Position numbers and translations under genes: made by a program. From positions 20,212,001-20,276,000 of the forward strand of contig NC_083223.1 of assembly GCF_032191835.1 (NCBI RefSeq): 64,000 nt of DNA. The letters run 5' to 3'. Source of the DNA: Heteronotia binoei (Eukaryota). This document shows positions 22,481 to 33,572 of this stretch, in pieces (within the stretch, counting starts at the first letter, position 1; every line of letters begins with the position of its first letter). The notes beneath the pieces were generated by a model, which was not told the origin of the DNA, did no database searches, and worked only from the letters and a program-made list of their open reading frames with translations.

Positions 22481-22860
22481 CTGTCTGTGGAGATCAACTC
22501 CCAGGCAGGCAGGAAAGGGCGTAGGCGAATGGAATGGTCGACAGTGGGGGCGATGACGCGTGCTTGCGGGAAGTCAAACCCCCTGCTTCTGTGGCCGAGC
22601 CCCCTTAGATTTATTAGAAGGCTGGCCCCCATAACGGTTTCTGCCGTTGCCGGAGTAGGGTGGCCGTTCAGGTTGCTGCGAGCGAGGACGCCACTGCTCA
22701 GGGGAGAACTTCTGATAGGGCTTCTTGGTCCAAGGTTTGGACCATTGTTTTGACTTCGGAGACTTGGAGGAAGGTTGGACCCCCAAGTTTCTGGATGTCT
22801 TGACACTCTTGTCAAACTCTTGCAGCGCCGTGTCGGTCGTAGTGCTGAAGAGCCCGTCAC
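20677..22860 (-). CDS. DIRS RT-RNase H-methyltransferase-like ORF (727 codons; first ATG at 22632 in gttATGg context)
   Basis: RALPFGLSTAPRVFTK, YIDD, RNase H TDAS-WGWG / NYLELLA / TDN, C-terminal DVFA...YMFPP. Confidence 0.95.
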   Translation of the reverse strand: MTGSSALRPTRRCKSLTRVSRHPETWGSNLPPSLRSQNNGPNLGPRSPIRSSPLSSGVLARSNLNGHPTPATAETVMGASLLINLRGLGHRSRGFDFPQARVIAPTVDHSIRLRPFLPAWELISTDRWALSIIQEGYKIEFIQTPNQSVVVTTPPSPPLLAEVSNLLQKQAIEVVPPETRVGGFYSRYFLVPKRDGGLRPIMDLRGLNKFILYQKFRMATLQTILPLINQGDWMATLDLRDAYFHVSIHPAFRRFLRFAVGARHFQFRALPFGLSTAPRVFTKLMSVVAAHLRLQGVVVFPYIDDWLLVAKSRESLTSHIAITLRLLGTLGLQVNVEKSHLTPSKTVQFIGALLDTDQHRAFLPAQRARDIMTLVQLLQRRQWGTAQQIQRMLGLMAATTSVLRFARLHMRGLQLWFLRHFRPLRDSPRKRFTIPSEALQSLQWWGSESNICQGAPFHLPTPSVTIATDASMWGWGAHLEDLCVGGKWPLKLGQYHINYLELLAVHFALRSFRPLLAGKTVALLTDNTTAMCYINRQGGTVSRRLCSLALDLWRECLQWDIFVKATHLPGVLNVQADSLSRGAASPHEWELQWKFLEPVFQLWGYPQLDVFATAWNKKCPLFCARGGADPTSLGDGLLFQWEGWFLYMFPPLPLLTRVVHKLVQERPRCILVTPWWPRQSWFPILLQQSKGIFYQFPAEPDLLSAQGGHVLHHNVPHLKLTAWFIDH

Positions 22861-24613
22861 CCTCGAAGGGTAAGTCCTCGATAAAGGTCTTGGTGTCTTG
22901 GTGCAGTGCCGTCGACCTGAGCCAGGAGTGTCGCCTGATGCAAACTGCCGATGTAATGGCTTTGGCTGAGGCTTCCACCATATGTTTCGCTGCAGCCAGT
23001 TGCTGTCTGGCTACAGCGAGACCTTCCTTTTGCAATTTCATTGCCGCCGTCTTCTTGTCCTCACTTAGTGAAGAGAGGAAGGGGGAAAGCTGTTCCCACA
23101 CGGCATACTGGTACCTAGCCATGCAGGCTGCATAGTTAGATACCTTGATGCCGAGTGCCCCCGCTGAATAGACCTTGCGGCCCATCCCGTCGATTTTCCT
23201 ACCCTCCTTGTCCGGTGGGGAGGAGTGCACCTTCCTTGGCTTCGAGGAGGAGGAGACCACCACAGAATTCGGACGTGGGTGGGTGAACAGAAATTCAGCA
23301 CCTGCCTCCTGAACCCTGTACATATGGTCCAGGCGTTTGGAGGAAACGGGTGTCGAGGAAGGCTTCTTCCAAGATTCTTTGATGGCCTGAAGAATCACCT
23401 TGGTGACTGGAAGGGCCACCGCAGTGGACGTGTTCCTCTGCATTATATCGAACACGTTGTCATCCACTACGGGTTCCGGTTGGGTCACAGGCAGTCTGAG
23501 GGTGGAAGCGATGCGCCTCACGAGGTCGCCATAGGATTTTAGGTCTTCCGACGGCGAGATCGGAAGATCCTCCGCCGTGTTGGAACCAGGTGAGGGTTCC
23601 AGATCAGGGATCTCACTGTCCGACTCCGATGACGAGGAGTCACGCTGAGTGGAATGCTCGGAGAGCCTCGGTGTCGACGCTCGCGGTTGAAGTTGTACCG
23701 ACGATAGTCTTGGAGGAGCTTCGACCGGGACTAGCTGTCGATCCGGGGGGACCGACGCCGACGCCTTTCGGGAGTGATGCGAGACCCTCGACATCGCAGA
23801 AAACTCCGAAGCTTGCTCCCAGTCTTGGTAGTCCTCCGGGTACCACCGACAGGATTCGTATCTGGAGTAGGGAGGCTGCCACCGCCGTTGCTCCCATGGT
23901 GGTATTGGGAAGCGTTGCGGGGTGTAGGATAGGTCCCGTCTGGGTCGGGGCTTGAAGGGCGGGTCTACGACCGGTGCCGAAGCGTCTACCCCCGACGTCG
24001 ATCCGCTGCTCGACCGACGCCGTGAGCCTGAGGATGAAGACCGTTGGGTGAGGTCAATTTCCGGCTCCTGCTCCGACGCCGACAGGCGTTGTTGGGCTGT
24101 TGGGCTCCTGCGCGGAGAGACCCGAATCGATTTCGGCGGTTTTGCCGACGTCGATGCGCCTTCCGACGGAGAAGGAGTGCGGGGTCGCTTGCGCTTCTCC
24201 TTCGATTTCGCCTTTTTCGGAGCTCGGGTCCCCGAGTCCTCTCGGCGTTTTGTAGCGGGCGCATCCACCGAACCCTCGTGGGGACGCTTCGTGGAGCCAC
24301 GCTCTTCCGGCAATTCCAAAGTCAGAATCGGAGCAGCATCGGCCGATGCAAGCTCCTGTGCCGGGGTGTCGGTCGACTTCGGTGCCGAAACCTCCATCGG
24401 TCGATGAGGTCGAAGCGCCGATTCGGTGAGCGCTGCCGATAATCGAGCCGCACGGTTCTTCCTGGTCTGTTTCGAGAACCGAAGGCAGTGCGGGCACGAC
24501 TCAACTCTGTGCGCCTCCCCCAAACACAGCAGGCACAGGGAATGTCCGTCGGGAGGGGCAATCTTCCTCCCACAAGCCCGGCAGCGCTTAAAAAACCCCC
24601 AGCGACTTTCCAT
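22574..24613 (-). CDS. DIRS ORF1 Gag-like, 679 aa (N-terminal Cys/His finger; C-terminal LAP2alpha-like region)
   Basis: CRACG...HSLCLLCLGEAH...CPHC motif; uninterrupted ATG-to-TGA ORF. Confidence 0.9.
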   Translation of the reverse strand: MESRWGFFKRCRACGRKIAPPDGHSLCLLCLGEAHRVESCPHCLRFSKQTRKNRAARLSAALTESALRPHRPMEVSAPKSTDTPAQELASADAAPILTLELPEERGSTKRPHEGSVDAPATKRREDSGTRAPKKAKSKEKRKRPRTPSPSEGASTSAKPPKSIRVSPRRSPTAQQRLSASEQEPEIDLTQRSSSSGSRRRSSSGSTSGVDASAPVVDPPFKPRPRRDLSYTPQRFPIPPWEQRRWQPPYSRYESCRWYPEDYQDWEQASEFSAMSRVSHHSRKASASVPPDRQLVPVEAPPRLSSVQLQPRASTPRLSEHSTQRDSSSSESDSEIPDLEPSPGSNTAEDLPISPSEDLKSYGDLVRRIASTLRLPVTQPEPVVDDNVFDIMQRNTSTAVALPVTKVILQAIKESWKKPSSTPVSSKRLDHMYRVQEAGAEFLFTHPRPNSVVVSSSSKPRKVHSSPPDKEGRKIDGMGRKVYSAGALGIKVSNYAACMARYQYAVWEQLSPFLSSLSEDKKTAAMKLQKEGLAVARQQLAAAKHMVEASAKAITSAVCIRRHSWLRSTALHQDTKTFIEDLPFEGDGLFSTTTDTALQEFDKSVKTSRNLGVQPSSKSPKSKQWSKPWTKKPYQKFSPEQWRPRSQQPERPPYSGNGRNRYGGQPSNKSKGARPQKQGV

Positions 24614-24874
24614 AAGCGGTCGCGCGGGAAAAATTTTTCCTTCTGCTCAGAAACGCCTGAGAGAAAGGGGGGTAAAAACGGAAATGGACCACCCCAAAGG
24701 GCGATCCGCCGGACAACAAAGAAAACGCTTCTTCTTTTTTTTTTTTTTTACTAACTATCACTAATAACTAGCTAACTAACTATTTACAAGACCAAACGGG
24801 CTGGAACGAGAGAAAAAATCGCTCTCACCGACCGGAGAATCAGAAAGGGAACCTCTCTAGCGCAGCGGTCAGAA

Positions 24875-25025
24875 AGGAACTGGCGGGATTGCCGCGCGGG
24901 CGCCGGTGGGCATGCGCAGTGGGTCGCCTGCGCATGCCTGGTGGCGCCGAGCGCGAAAAAATCCCGGGCTTTTGCAGATACCGATTCGGGGATCGGCGCA
25001 GGCGCACTATCCCCATGAGTGTGAA
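24875..25025 (-). repeat. DIRS 5' ITR core (151 bp)
   Basis: Exact reverse complement of 19308-19458 by eye. Confidence 0.95.
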
Positions 25026-25515
25026 GCACAGAGACCACGAAGAAGATTGGGAGAAACCAGTGTGATGTCTTCCAATATGCCAACAGCGCCACCTGGTTAG
25101 GAGGAGGAGACTGAAGTTCTGCTTTGGACATGACCCAGAGGAGGCACCATGTTTCAAGTGAAGGGGCTTGTGCCGCAGGTTTTGGGACCCCATGGCGTCG
25201 GCTTGGCCTCAGACTGCAGCAATTGCCACCACAGACCAGCTCCCCGGCTGAGTGGACCTTGCCAGAATCACAGGGGCTCCTAGTTGGCAGTGGCTTGCCA
25301 GGAACTCTCCTGGTAAGCAAAAGGACCAGCTTACGCATAGATGTTCGTATGACTCCGCTCCGCACTTTTCAAAGAAGAACCTTTGCTTCTTTTGCCTGAA
25401 ACTCACTTTAAAGATAAATGAAAGGTCGCCTCATTATATCTTTTCTGAGGACAGGCAAGGACAGCAAAATTGAAAAACAACAACAACAGCACAAAAGCAA
25501 GGTCAACAGTATTAC

Positions 25516-25611
25516 CTTTCTCTCCCCTTTCTCCCGAGAAACCATGTTGGCCAGGAGTGCCCGGAGCACCAGGGTCACCAGGGGGACCAGGCTGACATCC
25601 CAGAATTTCAT
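25516..25611 (-). CDS. COL4A1: Collagen IV exon (E22-eq, 96 nt) (D)[31 protein letters not shown](G)
   Basis: ttgcag acceptor, gtaata donor. Confidence 0.93.
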
Positions 25612-25741
25612 CTGCAATTTGAAAGCAAGAATGAAGGGCACTGTTCCTAAATGTCAGACTCCATCTTAAAACATCTGCAGCTCAGAAGGACCCGAGTCAT
25701 CAATATGGACAACCATGAGCAAGAATACGTAGACAAAAAGG

Positions 25742-26006
25742 AGATATTGGATTTATATTCCACCCTCCACTCTGAATCTCTGAGCGGCTCACAATCTCCT
25801 TTACCCTCCTCCCCCACAACAGACACCATGTGAGGTGGGTGGGGCTGACAGGACTCTCCCAGCAGCTGCCTTTTCAAGGACAACTCCTATGAGAGCTATG
25901 GCTGACCCAAGGCCATTCCAGCAGCTGCAAGTGGAAGAGTGGGGAATCAAACCCAGTTCTCCCAGATAAGAGTCCGTGCACTTAACCACTACACCAAACT
26001 GGCTCT
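25742..26006 (-). mobile_element. SINE family A
   Basis: Reverse-complement match to the other copies. Confidence 0.85.
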
Positions 26007-26406
26007 CTGACCAATTCGAGTTGTGTGCAGATGCAACACGAAATTCCTTCTTGCCTAAAGCTGGGCCAAAAGCAGTTTTATCCCATATGCAAGCCATCCA
26101 GAGGATGCTCAGCTCTGCGCTTGTATGATACGATATATGATATGATATAACATGCAAAGTGGAAGATCACGGAAGCTCCTGGTATCTGCTTCTATGACCT
26201 GCTGATGCAAGTGAGGGGGGAAAAAGCACTTGCTGCTGGATGGGGAAATGGAAAGGACGGGCAGGGAAGAGGACAAGCCTTGGTGTAAGAGCATCTGCTG
26301 TGCCTGCAGAAGGTCCCAGGTTCAATCCTCAGCATCTCCAGTTAAGAACATCAGGTAGTAGGTGATGCGAATGATTTCTTCCTGTGTGAGACTCTGGAGA
26401 GACACT

Positions 26407-26520
26407 GGCTGCAATCGCACAGACTAAACGCACTTTCCAACTGGATTTTGCCAGTCCACACAGTAAAATCCACTGGAAAATGCATTGAAAGTGCATTATT
26501 TAGTGTGGGTGATCGCAGCC
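26407..26520. mobile_element. Small palindromic MITE, possible 3-bp TSD (ACT)
   Basis: GGCTGCAATCGCACA...TGTGGGTGATCGCAGCC inverted ends. Confidence 0.6.
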
Positions 26521-27000
26521 ACTGACTGATCGGACTGAACCAATCCTTTCCTTTAAACCCACCAGCTTGATTCTGTCCATCAAGATCTGCTTGAGGAGCT
26601 TTGCATTCCTCAAATTCTGGGGGTTTGGGGGGACAGTCAAAGAATTGTCAGGAACAGCATAGGACGCGAAGGATGAAGTGGCTGGATGCAAATGTTTTCC
26701 ACATAGCCTGTGGTATACGCCTTCATCTGCAACCCACACTAAGCCTAAGCCTAACCGTGTGGAACTGAAATGGACATGGAGTCTTCCCCTCCCTCCTCTA
26801 CATGTCGGATATCCTGTAAAGTGACATGCCCTTTGGTACACGCCGGCACTAAATCAGTTATTAAAAAACAAAACTTCTACTGCCTTTGTCCCCCAGTTGT
26901 AAATGTGTATTTCATCGCAATTATTTGTCCAGGATTTTTGCAATTTGTATTGATGTCACTAATTGCATATGGTTTGCAAGACAATCCTCTTTGGCTGTCT

Positions 27001-27201
27001 NNNNNNNNNNNNNNNNNNNNNNNNNNNNNNNNNNNNNNNNNNNNNNNNNNNNNNNNNNNNNNNNNNNNNNNNNNNNNNNNNNNNNNNNNNNNNNNNNNNN
27101 NNNNNNNNNNNNNNNNNNNNNNNNNNNNNNNNNNNNNNNNNNNNNNNNNNNNNNNNNNNNNNNNNNNNNNNNNNNNNNNNNNNNNNNNNNNNNNNNNNNN
27201 N
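27001..27201. other. Assembly gap (201 N)
   Basis: N run. Confidence 1.
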
Positions 27202-28190
27202 TTGCTTGACACAAGAGCCATACGGGAAAAAAAAACATCAGATGTTTGAGAGCCACAAGACACGAACATCAGATGTTTCAAAACCAGGAGGGAGGGAAGG
27301 AGGGAAAGAAAGCAAATAGATGGGGGGAGGCGGAGGTGGAAAGAAAGCAACTTTAAATGCATTCTCTGAGATACTGGCTTGGCTTGGAGAAGTGATTTAA
27401 AGAGAGAACTGCCTTCTCCAAGCTGGCTGACAGGGCAGTGGGGGCTTCAAGAGCCAAACTATATGTGTGAAAGAGTCACATGTGGCTCCCAAGCCACAGT
27501 TTGGCCACCCCTGATCTAATCTGTCTAGTACTGCTAATACAGCTATCACCTTCTAATACTTTCCTATTTGGCTTAGCCTTTTCTGGGGTGTTTCTGGGTT
27601 GGGGGCAGGACTTTTTAAAGGGTTAGTGGGAAGTTCTTTGGAGACTGAATGTTGTTCCATCATACAGCTCCAGCTCAAGGGAGAGAATAACTTGCTTATT
27701 ATCATTGTATGAAATGCGGCAAAGAGATGGAAGGCTATCCCACACAACAGTGGCCATCCGCATTTGTAATGATGAGTTTGGATTGGAAGCTTTGCAGTGG
27801 AACAAAGCCAGGGGTGGGGGTGGGATGCAGGACTACCAGCTCCCCATTCCTGCTTCACCTACACACCTACAGACCCTCAGGGTCAACGCACCTTCAAGAT
27901 CAGTGGGGGGGGGGGGCGGTGTGTGGCAAAGTGAGGATCTGCAGAGGGAAGGGGGAATTGGCAATTCATTTATACCCCACTTTTCTCTCCAACAGGACCC
28001 AAAGTGGCTTATAACATTCTCTCCTTCTCCATTTTATCCTCATAACGATCCTGTGAGGTAGGTTATGCTTAAGGAGTGTGACTGGCTCAACACCCAGCAG
28101 TCTTCCATGGTTGAATATTCTAATGTTTTCTTCTTATCTCACCTCTTCCTGCACAAACACCACGATTATAGTCATGCATTGTGGGTATCA

Positions 28191-28367
<177 letters not shown>

Positions 28368-28466
28368 TTAAGCACAGGAACACAGAGAGAAGAAGGCAGG
28401 CATGAGAACCAGCATCTTTTAAAAAAGAAAAACCGTCAACCAAGAAGTTTATAGTATGCTAATGGC

Positions 28467-29197
28467 CAGGGCCGGCTTGCCCACTAGGCAAACTAGGCAG
28501 TTGCCTAGGGCTCCAGGAGGTGGGGGGAGCCGAATTGGGCTCTCCCTCCCTCCTGGTGCCCATGGCAAACACCTATGGTTTGTCTGCTTCCCTCCCCCCC
28601 CCACTGCGCGCACCCTCCCTTGTGCTTCGCCCGCCCGCCCCCTGCCAGCCACCCCTTCTTTTGCGCTTCGCCAACAGTCTGCCCACACACCCCAATCAGT
28701 GTTCTTTCTAAGCTGAGTTAGCGTGAGCTAGCTCAGAGACTTTTAACCTCCAGCTCACACATTTTTGTCTTAGCTCAAGAAAAATGGCCACAGAGCACAA
28801 TAATTTATGCAGTAGCTCACCACTTTAATGCCAGTAGCTCACAAAGTAGAATTCTCCCTCACAAGACTCTGCAGCTTAGAGGGAACATTGCCCCCGATCG
28901 TGCCGAAGCTGGTCCTTACTGGCTTCGATGCGGCTGGCGCAGCTTCTAACCCTTTGAAGAGCCCACGAGAGGATACTTCGCTCTCCCTCACTTCCAATTT
29001 TGGGAAGGTGGGGGAGCGAAGTCTTCTCCCATGGGCTCTTCAAAGGATAAGATGCTGCGCCAGCCACAAGCCGATAAGGACCAGCCTTGGCACGGCAAAT
29101 TGGGAAGGGGGGCGACGGAGCGCTGTGAAGGGAGGGAGGGTGGTGGCAGCGGGCAGGGAGCCTGCCTGGGGCACCCCGCACTGTTGGGCCAGCGTTG
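28467..29197 (+). mobile_element. Non-autonomous hAT element with a nested hAT MITE (28697-28890)
   Basis: CAGGGCCGGC start, perfect TSD CTAATGGC; nested CAGTGTTC...GAACATTG element. Confidence 0.8.
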
Positions 29198-29982
29198 CTA
29201 ATGGCAACCGCCTCCACCACTGCCAGGTGATTTAATCCGTAACTACTGGGGAAATCAAGTAAGTTATTTAGCACACGTTAACTTCCACATTGTGAACATG
29301 CTACAAAAGCCACAACCCCGAGCAGATTATAGCGATAACAGCCACAGAAAACTTTTGCACAGCAGAGGAAGCAGAAAGCAACACAGGATATTCCAGGAAA
29401 TATTTCATTTCTTATCTTAGTATACCACAGAGTTATAAAAATCATACCGTTTCTATATTATAGTGTTTCTATACTGTTTTGCTTAATATTTACTATCAGT
29501 CTTAAATTGTAATTTTGTTTAAGTATCATAGTATTTTTTGCTTTAGACTCTTAAATATGGCATAACAATCAGTAATTTGCTTGCTGAATGTGAGGCCTTC
29601 ATAAGTGTACCAAATGTAAATGTGTATATTCTAACAATGAAAATGCATCTAGATATTTTTATAAGATTTATATAAGTAATAGTAATTTATCTACTAAGGG
29701 TTGTACTGGTCACACTTACTGTTTTTTTTACTATCCTATCTGATGGTTATGTATGGAAAATGTTGGTTGTAATAAAATATATATATCTTAAAAAGTCATA
29801 TGGCTAGTTGACTTTATCAGTATTTTATGAGGAGAGAAATATTGTTCAGAGATGCAGAAGTGGCGGTTGTGCTGAAACTAAAAAAAAAGAGGGAGAGGGA
29901 GAGAGAGATGATATTGAAGAGATTTCAGAATATGAGCAGAGAGGCAAGATTTCTCCTCAGACAAACAAATTGCTTCTCTCAC

Positions 29983-30018
29983 CTGCAGGACCGGGCAGGC
30001 CTGGGAGACCTTGAAAGC
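29983..30018 (-). CDS. COL4A1: Collagen IV exon (E20-eq, 36 nt) (G)FQGLPGLPGPA(G)
   Basis: ttgtag acceptor, gtgaga donor, phase 1-1. Confidence 0.92.
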
Positions 30019-30073
30019 CTACAAAACACAAAACACAGGAATGTTAGAAGTTGGTCTTTCAATTGGTCAAGGC

Positions 30074-30566
30074 CAGGGGTCCCCAACCCCCGAGCCGTGG
30101 ACCGGTACTGGTCCGTGGCCTGCTAGCAACTGGCCTGTGGGCTGTATAATTATTTCATTATATATTACAATGTAAGAAGAAGAAGACAACGTTGGATTTA
30201 TATCCCACCCTCCACTCCAAATCTCAGAGTGGTCCACAATCTCCTTTATCTTCCTCCCTTACAACAGACACCCTGTGAGGTAGGTAGAGCTGAGAGAGCT
30301 CTCCCAGAAGCTGTCCTTTCAAGGACAGCTCTACGAGAGCTATGGCTGACCCAAGGCCATTCCAGCAGCTGCAAGTAGAGGAGTGGGGAATCAGACCCAG
30401 TTTTCCCAGATAAGAGTCCACACACTTAACCACTACACCAAACTAATAGAAATAAAGTGCACAATTGTATCATCCTGAAACTATTGCGCCCCCCACCCCC
30501 CGGGTCTGTGGAAAAATTGTCTTTCACAAAACTGGTCCCTGGTGCCAAAAAGGTTGGAGACCACTG
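30074..30566 (+). mobile_element. MER1/Charlie3-like hAT MITE interrupted by a SINE (30175-30444)
   Basis: CAGGGGTCCCCAACCCC...GGTTGGAGACCACTG; TSD GTCAAGGC/GTCTAGGC. Confidence 0.8.
30175..30444 (-). mobile_element. SINE family A nested in the MER1-like MITE
   Basis: Interrupts the hAT MITE. Confidence 0.85.
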
Positions 30567-31184
30567 GTCTAGGCACTTGATTGACCATAGAGTCCACCCT
30601 CCAAAGCAGCCATTTTCTCCAGGGGAACTGATCTCTGGAACCTGGAGATCAATTGTAATAACCAGGAGATTTCCAGATTCCACCTGGAAGTTGGCAACCC
30701 TTTGGCTGGGTCCAGACGGGCAGCTTGAGGCGACACGGGGACATCAAGTTCAGATGCGAACATCTGGAGACCACCCTGCTCACATACTCACCCCGTCCTC
30801 GAGCACCACTAAAGCATCCAAAAAAGTTACCACTTTCAAAGTGGTAGCAAAATCACCTCGGCGCTTCCGGCTACCTTTCCTGGTTGTCTGAACGGCCAAG
30901 GAATGCCTGGGAAATGCCACTCAAGCACTTGAGCGGTCTGACCGCTCCTCCAGAGTGTGCACGGCTCATCCCTGTCCCAGCAGCGGGCCACGTGTAGTCT
31001 GACTGCCCCCGGCGCTTTCCCCTCTACCGGCTCACTTCGAGATGGGAGGCACCTGCCCCAAGCTGCTGGTCGGGACCTAGCCTTTAAGTTGCTGGTTTTT
31101 TTAAATGACCACTTCTCCTCATAGTATGGCAAAACAGAATTACTTGGGAAAAGAGCAAGAAATCAGCTGTTTACAATCTCACTA

Positions 31185-31478
31185 AAGGCAAAGGTAGCCC
31201 CCTGTACAAGCACCAGTTGTTTCCGACTCTGGGGTGATGTCACATCACGACATTTTCACGGCAGACTTTTTACAGGGTGGTTTGCCACTGCCTTCCCCAG
31301 TCATCTACGCTTTCTCCTCAGCAAGCTGGGGACTCGTTTTACCAACCTCGGAAGGATGGAAGGCTGAGTCAACCAGGAGCCAGCTACCTGAACCCAGCTT
31401 CCGCCGGGATCGAACTCAAGTCGTGAGCAGAACTTGGACTGCAGTACTGCAGCTTTCCACTCTGTGCCATGGGGTTCC
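31185..31478 (-). mobile_element. Sauria-SINE-like (RTE/BovB-mobilised) element
   Basis: AAAGGCAAAGGTAGCCCCTG tail; perfect 12-bp TSD ACAATCTCACTA. Confidence 0.75.
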
Positions 31479-31564
31479 ACAATCTCACTAGCAAGTCCCA
31501 TTAAAGCATGTCATTAGTTTGTAATTTCAAGTTGCAGTAAACTAAACAGAAGAGACAAACACAC

Positions 31565-31658
31565 CTTTGTATCCCAGTTCCCCTTTTTGTCCTGGAAGTC
31601 CTGGGGGGCCCGGATCTCCCTTTTCCCCATATAGTTCCACTTCATCTACACCAATAAC
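31565..31658 (-). CDS. COL4A1: Collagen IV exon (E19-eq, 94 nt) [31 protein letters not shown](G)
   Basis: cttcag acceptor, weak gtgtgt donor, phase 0-1. Confidence 0.88.
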
Positions 31659-31689
31659 CTGAAGAAAAAGGGAAAAGACTAGTCAGAAG

Positions 31690-31883
31690 CAATGTTCACT
31701 CTAATCCGTGTGGTCTTGTGAGCAAAAATTCTACTTGGTGAGCTACTGGCATTAAAGGTGTGAACTACTGCATACAATAGTTTGCTCTGGGGCCATTTTT
31801 CCTGAGCAAAGCCAAAAATATGTGGGCCGGAAGCTAAAAAACTCTGAGCTAGCTCACACTAACTCAGCTTATAGGGAACACTG
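31690..31883 (+). mobile_element. hAT MITE (family of 16486-16861)
   Basis: Perfect TSD GTCAGAAG. Confidence 0.85.
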
Positions 31884-32101
31884 GTCAGAAGGAAACTCAA
31901 ATCCCTCCAATAGGTCAGAGCGATGGGCTTCCTACGGTACTTTGTAGACGTTGCTTGCATTGTTCCTTTAGGGTTCAACAGAGAGTATGCCAACCGCAGT
32001 TGCAAAATGCTATGGGACTGTGTATCATGTACATGGCTTGGGTGATTCAAGGCTGACAAGGAACAGTTCTCAGCACATTTGGAGGTAGTTTCAGTTATCT
32101 G

Positions 32102-32546
32102 CAGCCCTCATTTGGGGCAGGAGCTCACAGGAGCGGAGCTCCGGAACCTCTACATTTTATTTTCTTTCTTATCCCCCTCCCCACAAAAAACCCTTGCTTC
32201 TGGGCTCCATTGTTCAAACCCCCTGTGAGAATTTTGCTGAACTCTTAAGATTTGACAAACTTTCTAATATTTTATCCCAAAGAAATTGTGAAAATAAACT
32301 AAACATCATGTGGACACATGGAAACCTTCATCATACCACTGTGGTCACATAGGAGAAAGTAATTTTAAAAGTATGATGTAAGGTTTTACTGCAACAATTA
32401 TAATTCAAAAAGCAATTTAAGGTAGATGCTGAGCTGATATAGTTTAGTACACCTTCCATTGATGTCAGGGTGTGTGGCATATGCAAATGAGTTATGCAGT
32501 TGAGCTAATGAGCTCCAGCACCTCTTCTTCTACAAAATGACCCCTG
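32102..32546 (+). mobile_element. Non-autonomous hAT element (same family at 63272-63700 and fragmented at about 15447-16230)
   Basis: Shared GGGGCAGGAGCTCACAGGAGCGGAGCTC head and ATGCAAATGAG...CCCCTG end; near-TSD GTTATCTG. Confidence 0.78.
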
Positions 32547-33572
32547 GTTTATCTGCATATATCAACATGACACTAAGTGAAAACATCTCTCGAGGCAGGG
32601 TGAGAAGGGACAAAGACTTGTCTCTCCAAAGCAACTTTATGAGCCATCAAGAATTCTGCAGGTCAGTCAATGAATCTACCTTGTGTTCTAGCCAACAAAT
32701 TATAGAGGCAAGAGAAAGATCTAGCAGGTGATAAAAGTCTGCCTTAACTTCCCTGGTCCAGAAAAAGCCATAATGTTTAGGTTGCCTGAGAAATCATCAG
32801 ATACAATCTTTAAACCATTAATTTGAGAATATTTTCAAATAAATGTACTGAGGACTACATATTCTTAGTCCAGTGACTTTTATTAGTTGCTCGTGTGTGG
32901 GGAAAATTGTATTTTTGCATACATACAAAGCCACAGATGCACTGACTGTGAGCCTCAAACTTAAAAGTACACCCATGAGCTCCTTCATAAAATGAAGCCA
33001 TCAATGTTTATTGCTTTCTCATCGTCAAATGCTGGTCGCGGCCCTATGCATTAGCAGATCAAGCATTTCAAGTGGTGTCAAGTGATTTTTTAAGAAATTA
33101 TCCCTTCATGAATTTGAGGTAAATAGACCCACAGAAAAAGAACTCTCAAATTATGATCCCATAAAAAAGAAACAATCTCAACTGCATAAAACGAACTGGT
33201 AGACAGGGCCTTTGTTAACGTGTAACCAAGGAAACAGCATACCATGGTCATGGTATGGTTACTTCAGACATTTAAACCTTTAAATATAAGGTTTTACTAG
33301 GGTTGCTAGGCCTCCCAATTGCTGCTGTAGGAGAAAAATAAGAATAAAAAAGCTGCCAGCCTTTGTACTGGTATGTCACTTACTAGTTAACTGCTAGAAA
33401 CTCTATGGTTTTACTATAGCATTTCTATGGTTTTACCACAGAGTTTCTGGTGATTCCTAGAGATAGCCATTGCCACTTCTAAGCAATGTCAATAATGTCA
33501 CCAATGTCACATGCCCCATGTCTCCCCGCATCCTCCCATAGGTGGCCTGGCAACCATACGTTTTTCACTTAC

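Larger units (their letters stand above)
19258..25047 (-). mobile_element. Full-length DIRS1-type tyrosine-recombinase retrotransposon (5790 bp) in the intron between E22 and E23, sense to the host gene
   Basis: Three intact ORFs (gag, RT/RNaseH/MT, YR), ITRs, an ICR complementary to both termini, no TSD. Confidence 0.96.

Noticed and set aside
23590-24764. Overlapping 100-150-aa ORFs inside DIRS gag
   Set aside because: Shadow ORFs of GC-rich coding DNA with no recognisable motifs.
19250-25056. Target-site duplication around the DIRS
   Set aside because: None present (flanks GGGTAA / TGGGAG), as expected for tyrosine-recombinase integration.
26770-27362. ORFs spanning N runs (also 59331-60414)
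   Set aside because: Artefacts of assembly gaps.
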